Of a DNA stretch of 35,505 bases, positions 10,085 to 20,869 are shown piece by piece. The notes under the pieces were generated by a model. The model did not search any database and had not been told where the DNA came from. It worked only from the letters and a program-made list of their open reading frames with translations. A program made the position numbers and the translations under genes. Within the stretch, counting starts at the first letter, position 1; every line of letters begins with the position of its first letter. Source of the stretch: Vitrella brassicaformis CCMP3155 (lineage: Eukaryota; Protista; Chromerida); the NCBI GenBank assembly GCA_001179505.1, contig CDMY01000659.1, forward strand, positions 1 through 35,505. Direction: 5' to 3'.

Positions 10085-11587
10085 TGCACGTGTCGACTTG
10101 GAGTGTGTATGTGAGGAATGTCTGTGTGCGCACCCCTGCACATGCGCGCACCCCTACGCATGCACGCGTCGACTTGAAGTGTTTATATATGATGAATGTC
10201 TGTGTGCGCACCCCTGCGCATGCGCGCACCCCTGCGCATCCCCTGCGCATGCGCGCATTCCTGCGCATGCCCGCACCCCTGCACATGCGCACACCCCTGC
10301 GCATGCACGTGTCGACTTGGAGCATACACGTGTCGACTTGGAGTGTGTGTGTATGATGAATGTCTCTGTGCGCACCCCTGCGCATGCACGTGTCGACTTG
10401 GAGTGTGATCGACATGGAGTGCGTGTGTATGATGAATGCCTGTGTGTGCACCCCTGCGCATGCGTGTCGACTTGGAGTGTGTGTATATAATGAACGTGTG
10501 TCTGCGCACCCCTGCGCGTGCACGTGTCGACTTGGAGTGTGTGTATATGCATGCACGCGTCGACTTGGACTGTGTATATGATGAATGTCTGTGTGCGCAC
10601 CCCTGCGCATACACGTGTCGACTTGGAGTGTGTGTATATGATAAATGTCCGTTGTCGACTTGGAGTGTGTGTATATGATGAATGTCTGTGTGCGCACCCC
10701 TGCGCATGCACGTGTCGACTTGGAAGGTGTGTCGACTTGGAGTGTGTGTCCGTGAGGAATGTCTGTGTGCGCACCCCTGCAAATACACGTGTCGACTTGG
10801 AGGGTGTGTGTATAATGAATGTCTGTGTGCGGACCCCTGCGCATGCACGTGTCGACTTGGAGTGTGTGTCTGTGAGGAATGTCTGTGTGCGCGCATGCGC
10901 GCACCCCTGCGTATGCACGCGTCGACTTGGACTGTGTATGTATGATGAATGTCTGTCTGCGCACCCCTGCGCATACACGCGTCGACTTCGAGCATGCACG
11001 TGTCGACTTGGAGTGTGTGTATGTGAGGAATGTCTATGCGCTGGAGTGCGCACACAGACATTCATCATATACACACACTCCAAGTCAACACATGCATACT
11101 CCAAGTCGACACGTGCATGCGCAGGGGTGCGCACACAGACATTCATCATGTACACACACTCCAAGTCGACACGTGCATGCGCACGGGTGCAAACACAGAC
11201 ATTCATTATATACACACACTCCAAGTCTACACGTGCCTGCGCAGGGGTGCGCACATAGACGTTCATCGTATACACACACACCAACTGGACACGTGCATGC
11301 GGAGGGGTGCGCACATAGACATAGGGGTGCGCACATAGATATTTATCATATACACACACTCCAAGTCGACACGTGCACGCGCAGGGGTGCGCACACAGCG
11401 CACACAGACATTCAATATATACACACACTTCAAGTCCAAACGTGCATGCGCAGGGGTGCGCACACACACATTCATTATATACACACACACCAAGTCCACA
11501 AGTGCATGCGCCGGGGTGCGCACACAGACATTCATCATATACACACACTTCAAGTCGACACGTGCGTACTCCAAGTCGACACGTGCA
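10085..11587. repeat. Head-to-head (foldback) array of a 60-bp minisatellite with perfect 20-bp terminal inverted repeats
   Basis: The unit is acgtgtcgacttggagtgtgtgtatatgatgaatgtctgtgtgcgcacccctgcgcatgc. It runs forward over 10085-11040 and as reverse complement over ~11049-11587. The ends are TGCACGTGTCGACTTGGAGT (10085) and ACTCCAAGTCGACACGTGCA (11568-11587). Confidence 0.95.
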
Positions 11588-11599
11588 CTAAAGAACCAT

Positions 11600-13291
11600 A
11601 CACACATTCATTTGTGCGGAAGGGGAGGCTCTACGTGCTTGGTGTGTCACCTGCTGCTCACGCGGAAAGGGCGACCAACAACGAATGCACCACACGAGAG
11701 GCGCCTGCAGCTGCTCACGCGGCCAGGCAAGACGCTACCTATCCTGTGTGTAAGGAGAAGGAAGAGAATGGGAAGTCAATGACAGGCATCATAAATGCAG
11801 TCAGCAAGTTCCGCTCCTATCTCTCGAACTGGTGTGCTGACCGGTCAGGTTCCTCCTTTCTCGGCTTCACATTCTCGGGAGGTTTCGATGCTGGTCGTAC
11901 CGATGCCTCAGGTCGGGGTCAGGACAGCTCAGGGCGGGCTGAGGTGACTTGTTGTCACTGCAATGCTCCCCATGTGGAACCGCCTGCAGACCAACGTTAC
12001 CTGCACACAAAGAAGGGAACGATTGATCTCTGGCAGCCACACACACTGCATGACTGTCATGTGTGCGGCAAGAGTTTCAGTACCGGTGTGCCGACTCTTG
12101 GACGCCTTCCTGACTCCCACCAGTCTGCCGCGGATCTGTTGAGTCAAGGGCAACCTGCTGGTGCTGTCGAGGCTTCAGATCAGCCCGACATTGCTGGTCC
12201 CTCTTGCTCGACGGACGAATCGGATCGACACACGCCAGACGATCCACGAACACACAATGGCCATCCTGCAGGACGAACAAATCAACACATGGGCCATGAT
12301 CCGTTTGCATCTCCTGTGCAGCCTGCTGTGCAGATACCTGTTCCACCCGAGGAAGGAAATCCAACCTTCTGGCTACAACACAAGCGACTAGCACACCTCA
12401 ATCGCCGTGACATGGATCTGTTGAGAAAAGACCTCGGTGAAGGGCTGCTTGTCTTAATCTTACCTCCATCCGACTGGCAATGCGTTGGATGCCTGAAGGG
12501 TAAAATGACAGACACACAACGAATCAGGCACAAGGGCGACACGCAAGCGTCAATCAGTGCATCGCGACATCTCCGGACCACATCCAAGTTCGATTCTCGA
12601 TGGCTATCAACACCATATGGTCTTCGTGGACGACTAGTCTCGTCGTGTCTGTGGCACCTCTCAAGCGTCGACGCGACGCGCGCACAGGCCTGAAACGATA
12701 CATCGCGGAGGTCGGACACATCCAGGAGCTCAGATCCGACGGAGCCAAAGAGCTGTGCGAAGGCAATCTGCTCCACGCTGCCGCCCAGTTCGGCATCGCC
12801 AAACAATTCAGCGTCCCTCACGTCTATGAGCGGAATGGCGTGGCTGAGAGGATGATCCAAACGCTGAACAACACGGCCACATCGATCCTCGTGACGGCGA
12901 ATCTGCCGAGGGGCTTCTGGCCGTGGGCTGTACGAGCAGCCGCATATGTGCGCAATCGCTGCCCCTGCAGAAGCAACACAACTAGCAAACACCATATGAG
13001 ATGTGGAAGAACTTCAAGCCCGACCTGCGCAGACTGCGTGTGTTTGGCTGTCTAGCCTACCCGTTTGTGCGCGAGCATGAGCGAGCCACGAAGTTCAGTC
13101 CGAAGTGTAACCCGGCGATCTTCGTTGGCTATCATCCACAGATGAAGGACGGATACGTCTTCTGGATACCGTCTAAAAGACAAATAAAGGTCACAAACAC
13201 AGCCACATTCTTTGAACATTCGTTCAATCTACAGACAGGTGTCAATCCATACTTCCTACCGAGAGGGGGAAGGAAATGGCGACACACATGA
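11600..13291 (+). mobile_element. Degraded Ty1/copia gag-pol remnant; GAG-pre-integrase and integrase are clear, gag knuckle and protease are poor
   Basis: Motifs are HKRLAHLN..CVGCLKGKM, then VFVDD*SR, ELRSDGAKE, ERNGVAERMIQTL, FWPWAVRAAAYVRNRCP, and YEMWKNFKPDLRRLRVFGCLAY..IFVGY. Several frameshifts are present and no RT follows. Confidence 0.9.
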
Positions 13292-14257
13292 GCAGGACGC
13301 TCACGAAGCGCCAGACGCCCAAGAAGCGCAAGACGCTCAACCGCAAGACCAGCAACCCGTCGATGAAGACGCCTTAGAAACACCGCCACTGTCACACCTA
13401 GCCCCTGACGGGCCACTCACAGGAAGACTTATCCCCTTCCCGTCGCCATCCTTCAACATGTCTCCGTGTGTTGTCGAGACCGTGCGGTGAATTACAACTG
13501 ACGGAGTAATTGACGGCGTCCAAAAGCCACGTCCGCTCCAGTAGCTCATTCGTGTCCGCTGAGGGCCCGCGTGAGGCCATTTGTGTGTCGAGGGGGCATA
13601 GGCAAAGTCACGGCCCTATCATTTCAGATCGTGATCTCCAAAGTCGCAGCGGTTTCAGGGAAGACCCTAGGCGGCCTGACGGCCAAGTCGATCTCCAAAG
13701 TCGCATTAAGCGCGCTACAGCCCGACGCAGTCCTTTGCGTGCCTTAGTTGCTTCTCGTCTTCTCTCTGGCAGAAAAGCCCACATCGCAGAGCCCGTACCG
13801 AGCCGGTTTCCTCGTGCACGATAACATTGCCCGGGCGGTGCGTCTGCTGCACTTTGATCACTGCCCTCACCCTCGAGACCTCGCTCACTGATCAACTAAC
13901 ATCGCTGGGGTCGACACAGCAGGTTAGAGCCAAGACAGGGAAAGCTTTCGAGCTTGCCTGCTTGGGAGTAAGACACACTGCCTTACAGCACGATTCAGTC
14001 TGGAAATGTGCCACTCTGCAGACGGCTAGCGGCCACTTCGATTGAGGCGTCACTAATCAATCTCCGAAGGTAGAAGGACGTCAGCCGAGTTCAGCTGTTG
14101 ACGATCTCCATTTGGCATCAGCAGTCTGCCGGACGTGGCCTTACTACATTCGCTCCACTGTCATCTGTCGAGTCGGCCTGGTAAGCCTCATGCATATAGA
14201 GGGGGGCCTTGCCTTCACGGCCCGTTGGGTACGCTACTCAATGAAAGTGACAACTTG

Positions 14258-15850
14258 CATTAACCGCAACACTCGTGTGTGTGTCCGTGACATTCATATA
14301 AATACAGTCCCATGACACGCAGAGTCAAACAGGCTCAAAGAGAGAAGGGATCGATCCCCGCCCCATCAGCAGATCCCAGCCCCGCAAACCCCTCCCTCCC
14401 TCCCCCACCCAGACAGTAGCTAGTCGCACGCACGAGGGCGATAGACAAGCGAGAGCGAATCCATCCAGACACATGACTGAATTCCCGACCCTTCCACCTC
14501 TCCTCCTCCAACAGCGCATGAGCCATGTGGGCGATGAACATGTTGGCATCGTGTCCCCACACACCGTCACACGTCACCACCAGTGGGCAGAAGGTCACGC
14601 GGAAGTCGCAGACGGCCGAGCGGTATTTCTTCTTCTTGGCGGTCTCGTGCTACCTCAGGATGGACTTGGTCGATCGGTTCTTGGAAGCGTAAGACGTTGC
14701 GTCAGGATCCGTAATACAGATGTCAAACGACGCAGCCGCCTGCCGCTCCCACACGCCTCGAGCGACGATGTCCGCCCTGACCCCACCCTCCCCCTCCTCT
14801 CCCTCCTTCAACACCACCTCCCGACGCACACCAGCGTCACCCCATGCCATCCCGATCAGCTCGGCAAAAGTGTCCCGCAGCTCGTTGTGGAGACGAATCA
14901 TCAGGCCGTACCGCTTGCAGCACAGCGCATGGTCGACGGTGAGGGGCTGGTTGCAGTGGTCGCAGCGTGCGGTGAGGCCGAGCGGGTGACGGCCGTATCG
15001 TATGTTGAGGGCATCTCAAAACTCCGCAGCATCAAGATCAGTGTTGCTGTCTGTTAGCGGGAGGGTGGTCAGCCAGCCGGACGTCTTGTATTCGGCGCTG
15101 TGGGAGAGGACGCGATGGCGCCGGCGGTCGACGTGCGACAGGGCGGCTTCCCTCTTGGCTTTGTAGGCGGAGTCCTGCGGCTGCTTGCTCTGGGCGAGGG
15201 CGTGGCGGATGATAGCACGATGGTCGCCAGGGTGGAAAGGAGCCTTGCCTTGGATGGACTTGGATACCACCTTGGTGCTCGCGCGGGAAGCGGGGTATGC
15301 GGCTGCGGCTCGGTCGAGAGGGTCACATATACCGGTGCCGCCATGTCGGGCCGGCAGCAGCATCAGGTCGACCTCGGACGGCGTCACAGGGCCGCCGAGG
15401 AGGGCCGGCAGCAGCTTCTTGGCGATGGCCTCGCGGAGGGGGCTGAGAGCGCACTCGTCGGTGAGGACGACGCGAAAGACGTAGTCCCATTCCATCCGCA
15501 GAGACCTCGTCATTGCCGCATGGGCCGTGTGCGGGAAGTTGCGGGTAGCAGAGACGAGCGCGCGCACGCCGTGCACCCACCCCTCGACCTTCTCGCAGAG
15601 GAACGCCGCCCTTTCCCCCTCATCGCCCACATAGCCGCCCAGGAACCTCTTGCCCGTGACGATTTGCACCCCCTCGGGCTCGAAGAGCTCCCTTGCGATC
15701 TGCTCGAGCTCAAGTTTGACAACGAGGAAGCACTTGGCGGCCTCCAGGTGATAGCCGTATGAGGGACCGATGCGGCGCAGGGCTCGAAACCACACCAGGA
15801 TGCCGTGAAGCTTGCCGAGTGCCGATGAGTCATCCGCATGCCAGCATTGT
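14258..15850 (-). mobile_element. 5'-truncated CRE-type non-LTR retrotransposon (RT C-half, CCHC finger, RLE, 3' UTR)
   Basis: Motifs are WHADD, FLGGYVG, LLPARHGG, GWLTTLP, CDHCNQPLTVDHALCC, RADI..FDICITDPDA..KKKKY and FCPLVVTCDGVWG. It is one frame with two nonsense codons (15016 TGA, 14650 TAG). The 3' part is duplicated at 35260. Confidence 0.92.
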
Positions 15851-16044
15851 CGCAGCGAAGCGTCAGATGAAGAGGCCGACAAGGCCGACAAACTCTCCTC
15901 CTCACTAACTCCAACATTTTCTACATCAGAACACACACGCACACATGCACCATCCCCCTCTGCTTCTGGTGGCGTGTCACTGGCTTCTTCTGGCCTCTCT
16001 TGCGCTTCTGATGGCGTATTTTCGTTCTCGTCCGTATTTGACTC

Positions 16045-17060
16045 AGACCCATCGCTGTCACGGAACACACATAGGACAGATCAGGTCTGCATGTAGACGC
16101 AGCGTACTGCAGGTGGCCGACTACTGATCTATATGGGAAGTCAGCTATTTTCGCTAGCTCCGTCTCTGAAAACTGACCACTACGTATAGTGAAGCTGGGG
16201 CCGATAGGTAGAGGGCAATCGGCCGGCGTACAGTCAGTCATATTGAACTTGGCTAACACAGCATCCATGTATTAGCTAGATGAAGTGTGAGCTGGCCATT
16301 CTGTCTATCTCGACTGACTGACACACCCAAAAACGTACTTACATCACCCAGATCCTCAACTACAAACCGTTCATTCAGCCTGTCTTGCAGCCACGCGTAT
16401 CCCTCACTCGTCGATGCAACTACCATATCATCTACATAGCGTGCGAGCAGAATACCGAGAGACGGCTAGTAGTACAGACACGTCTCATTACGATTAGATA
16501 GAAAGCCCAATTTAGACAAATACGAATCGATATGCACATGCCATGCACGAGGCGCACCGGGCAGACCATACAATGCCTGTTGCAGCTCCACTACACACCC
16601 ATCTACTTTATAGCCGTCAGGAAACTCACACCACACAGGCTCATGCAAGGGAGAGTAAAGAAAAGCCGTCTCTACGTCCATGTGCTTTAAGTCAAGGTCC
16701 ATCGCAGTAGCTGTGCTGGCTACGACACGAAACGCATCAAGGTTCAAGGTGGGTGAGAATGTAGGGCCTCTCTCTTCCCATGGCTGCTCAAAACCACGCA
16801 CCACTATCCTAGCCTTGAACTTGTGTGCCCGTACAGCAAACACCCATTTGGTAGACAGGATCTGACCTCTGGCTGAGCTACGAGACACTGCCTTGTACAC
16901 ATCCTTTGCACGTACACTATTCATCTCACGATCCATTGCTTCCTCCCATCTGTGTCTCAATGGACTTTTCATTGCCTGTGCATATGTCTTGGGCTCGCCC
17001 AAAAGTCGTGCGTACGCCAAGTCACGTCTCAACTCCTCATCAATCACAGCAGGCATTGCA
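16045..17060 (-). mobile_element. Ty1/copia reverse transcriptase, pseudogenised and truncated before RNase H
   Basis: Motifs are EPKTYAQAM, KWVF..FKARIVVRGF, HMDVETAFL, QALYGL, YVDD (16427-16438) and YRSVVGHLQYAASTCRPDLSY. There is a stop at 16466 and frameshifts after it. Confidence 0.92.
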
Positions 17061-17332
17061 ATCAGACGAATCAGTGAGTGGTTGCACACTCATTCACACA
17101 TTACGACACAACACACCACACATCACATGCACACACATGCACACACATGCACATTCATGCACCGACTCCTCCGTCTCCCCCTCTATCTGTACGTGCACCC
17201 CTCCATCATCCTCATATCTCTTTGGCGGCGACTTCCTCAGTCTCTCTCGGATGCGGTCGTTGATCCGCTCCTGCCACTCGCGCTGAGCATGCTGCCTGCG
17301 GAGGATGGTGCTGCCGTGCAGCTGCGGGGCCC

Positions 17333-20300
17333 TCATACTGATATAGTCCTGCATGGTGGGCATCTTGCTCTCCTCCTCTGTCCTGATGATGTTGACTTGC
17401 CGCTGGCCGCACCCAGAGAAGTCGTAGCCCTCCTGCTGGTCACGCTTGGGAGGCTGCACCTTCTGCCGCAGTCCCTCACGTGCACCCTCTCTGGCTTGCC
17501 GTCCCTCCTGCTGCTGTGGGGGTTGCTGTTGTGGTGGCTGCACGACCACGGGTGGTGGGGAAGGGGGGGTGAGGGTGGGTGGGGTTGCTGCTGCACTTCC
17601 TGCTGTTGCTGTTGGGGTGGTGGGGGTGGGGGGTTGGCTGGCGATGTCTTGTGGGGGATGTGCTGCGGTGGTGTGGGGGAGGCTGATGTTGTCGATGGTG
17701 GTGTCCGACCGGCCGACGACGGGATGGGGACGTTGATCTGCACACGCTTCTCACCCACACCCCCATGTGCCCCGTCACATCGACACCCATGCCCATGCGC
17801 CCCTCCCGCCCCTGTTCCCTGACCATTGTGTGCCCATGGGGCGGGTGTGGGGTTCATCATGCGCTCGCGTCGCTCCTTGAAGGGGAAGCGCCTCTCGTCT
17901 ACGATCACCTCAGGTGTCTCGTACATTTTCTTCGTGTTCAGGTCGAGGACGCGGTAGGTGCCCTTCATGCGCGGCGCCATGCCCAGCATCACCATGATCT
18001 TGCCCTTGGCCTGCAGCCCCCTCCTTATCTCCTCCCTCTGATGCACGAATGCCGCCGAGCCGAAGATGAAGAGCCCCTTGATGCTCGCCTTCTTGCCGTA
18101 GAGGGCGTAGTGGGGGGAGGTGGGTCTGCCGTCGGGGAGCCGCGTCGCCTTGGTCACGGTCATGTTGTACACCTTGACGGCGTAGTCGAGGGCGTACGGC
18201 CAGCACTCGTCAGGCATCCCTGACTCTGCCATGATCGACGTCATCAGCGCCATGAGCATGCCGACCTTGTGCTCGACGACGCCGCCTTCGTCCCTGTGGT
18301 ATGGGGCGTTGAACCGCTGGCGGATGCGGTGCTCGATGCAGTACTGCTCCAGCTTGCCGTACCGGAACTCCTTGGCACCGTCGCTCCACAGCGTCTTGAC
18401 CTTGCCCATGGCCTAGCTCGTATCGGCCCACACACTCAGCGATCTTGTTGCGCGACGTGACGGCGAAGGCGACGACGTGGCGGGTCTTGTCGTCGACCAT
18501 CACGAAGAACCCCGTGTCGCCCTTGACTGACGCCACCTTCATCGGCTTGTGGTCGAGGTGGACGAGGTCGAACGCCTCTTTCGCTCGTGTCCCCGGCTCC
18601 TTGCACACGTTCTTGAGGCGCATCTTGCCCGCCACGCAGCCCTCACACACGCACCCGTCCTGTGGTGGCTTGATGTCGGGCATGCCGTCGATGAACTCCT
18701 AGGATTGGGCCAGCCGTTTGTGGCCGATGTGGCACATCAGCCTGTGTGTCCGTTTGGTTGCCGCCGTGTCCTCGGCTGTTGCTGTTGCTGCTAGTGATGG
18801 GGTGGTCCTGGGTGGGGGTGTCTTGGGCGGGGGTGTCTTGGGTGGGGGTGGGGGGGAGTTGGGGGAGGGCATGGTGGACAGGTAGTAGAGGTCGCTCTCT
18901 CTGTGGAGGGGGATGGTCAGCTGGCCGAACTTGATGCACGAGCGGGCTCCTTGGAGATGTGTCGTGTAGTTGTACACGCGATCGAGGGCTCCAGCAGACA
19001 GCAGGTTGACGGACAAGTCGGGCACGTACAGCACATCGTGAGCTCCCATCTCCACCACACGACCCTCTGCTGTCCGCACGAACAGCTGGACATCACCCAC
19101 CCCCTCTGCCATTGTCGTGTCCCCCGTCACCGAGCGAATCGGTACCGTTTGGTGGGTGTGAGGGTGAGGAAGTTGCCCTTGTCGAACATGCAGTGCTTCC
19201 ATGCGCCCGAGTCCGCAATGATGCGGTTGTCCTTCTTGTCGGAGAGGGTGGCCGCCACTCGTGTCTCGATAATGGCGTCCCCCTCACTGCCGCCCGTGTC
19301 GTCGCTGACCTCCTTTACCCTTGTTTGTGACGCCATGCTGATGCCGTGGGTCTCGTCCGTGACGTACGACTCCTCGAAAACCGGCGAGTTCTCGTCCTCG
19401 AATGCCGCATTGGTGTGGTATGACCGACCTCCGCCCCCTCTGCCGCGGAAGGCACCTCTGCCCCCTCTCGACGGCTGATAGCCGCGGCCACCTCGACTGC
19501 GATATGCTGGGGGCACCCATCCCCCTGACCACTCCACCCTGTTGCGCTCCTCATCCGACTTGAGGACCCAGCAGTGCTTCCAGCCCCTCTTGTGTGTCTT
19601 CTGGCAGTAGTCGCAGAGCAGGAGGGTGAGGGGTTTGCTGTTGTCTGCCTGGCCGTTACCACCGGCGAAGCCCCCTCTACCGTTGCCACCCCTGCCGCGA
19701 CTGATGCCCCTGCCGCTCATGTTGTTGTTGCTCCACGATTTGACGTTCGCCGACATGGAGATGTTGCCGCTCTCCCTGTTGTGATCGCCGGCGTACTCTT
19801 GCAGGCGCTGTTGGAACAGCTGCCACTCGCGGAGTGCTGGTGTGCCGTGGAGGTACTTGATGAAGTCCTCGAGGGCTGTCTTGGTGATGGCCTTCTTCAT
19901 GATGCCGATCTTCATGAGGTCGTTCACCTCCTGCCCCAGCGAGTTGGCCTGCCCGCACAGCTTGTTGAAGCGCGCCAGCTCGAGGGGCACGTCGATGGAT
20001 GTCATCTCGTAGTTCATGACGTCCTCGACCGCCTTGCTCTTCATGGCGTCCCGGTCTGCAGCATATGCCGATGCCAGCCGGAAGAAGAGCTCTGCCCCGT
20101 TGCCCTCCTTGTCCTTGTCGCCCTTCCATTCTGCCATCGCCGCGTGGACGATCTCCTGTGCTCTGCCCTGGCAGCAGACGACCAGCAGGCTCCAGAGGTT
20201 TCTGAGGTTTCTGAGGGCGTTGTGCTCCTTGGTGGGGCGGCAGTTGGGTTGTTGGTCGGTCGAGCTAGCCGAGCTCGAGAAGGGCAGTGTATCATCCGTC

Positions 20301-20668
20301 TCGGTCTCCCACAGCCCAGGTGCTGCATCCCTCTCTGCCTCAGTCATAGGCAGCAGCGCCTCCAATGACCTGGCCGTCATCAGGCCGTGCAGCTTCATGT
20401 AGAAGTCGTACCACTCCGCCGGTTCGCCCGAGAATTTGGGCGTGTCGAGCTTGGCCATCTCAGTCATTGGCTTGGACGGGAAGCCGCCCGTCTGCCCTCC
20501 ATTGCCGAGTGCTGCCACCACTGCTTGAGTGATGTCTGTCACACTGGCGCCCTGCGCCTTGGCCATCTCTTGGCCAATTGCCTTGGCAAAGGCCTCGGCC
20601 ATCGCCTTGACGTCGACGCTCATCACGCCACTCCTCACTCACGACTCGCCACCTGTTGCTGCGCCCAT
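17333..20668 (-). mobile_element. Ty1/copia gag-protease-integrase region (frameshifted, no LTR found)
   Basis: The gag reads PKFSGEPAEWYDF, followed by knuckle CDYCQKTHKRGWKHC with RGG boxes. The protease reads IIADSGA and VLYVPDLSVNLLS. Pre-integrase reads MCHIGH..CEGCVAGKM. The integrase shows VHLD..VDD..SDGAKEF..GGVVEH. There are frameshifts near 19150 and 18410 and a stop at 18699. Confidence 0.93.
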
Positions 20669-20702
20669 GTCAGATCCGATGTGAGCGAGGCGAATATCCG
20701 CA

Positions 20703-20823
20703 CTGAGCCACATACACAATGGTCATGAGTCCCACACGTCACAGACCACAATGCACGCAGTGAAGCGTACCTGAGCCACATATACAATGGTCATGAGTCC
20801 CACACGTCACAGACCACAATGCA
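20703..20823 (+). repeat. 53-bp direct repeat, two copies (20703-20755, 20771-20823)
   Basis: ctgagccacata(c/t)acaatggtcatgagtcccacacgtcacagaccacaatgca occurs twice, 68 bp apart. Confidence 0.9.
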
Positions 20824-20869
20824 TGCAGCTGGTACACTGTACACACAACGGCCATCCTGGCCAATCCTG

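Noticed and set aside
10085-11587. CRISPR array
   Set aside because: The units are contiguous with no unique spacers, no cas genes are present, and the context is eukaryotic.
9825-11782. Long Cys-rich and His-rich ORFs (up to 604 aa) that look like metallothionein or keratin-associated proteins
   Set aside because: They are translations of the 60-bp unit, open in several frames on both strands and crossing the inversion centre. There is no sign of a preferred frame.
13620-13860. Protein-kinase remnant on the minus strand (HRPGNVIV.. and CDFG twice from a 16-bp direct repeat at 13633 and 13690)
   Set aside because: There is no HRD/K motif, the flanking frames have stops, and the other subdomains are absent. 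It is too weak to call.
15850-16068. Acidic N-terminal extension fused in frame to the CRE RT (ORF 15016..16068)
   Set aside because: This is best explained as a chance junction after 5' truncation. The segment is low-complexity and overlaps the broken copia RT.
19284-20728. Plus-strand ORFs such as 19574..20368 (264 aa)
   Set aside because: These are antisense shadows of the GC-rich gag frame.
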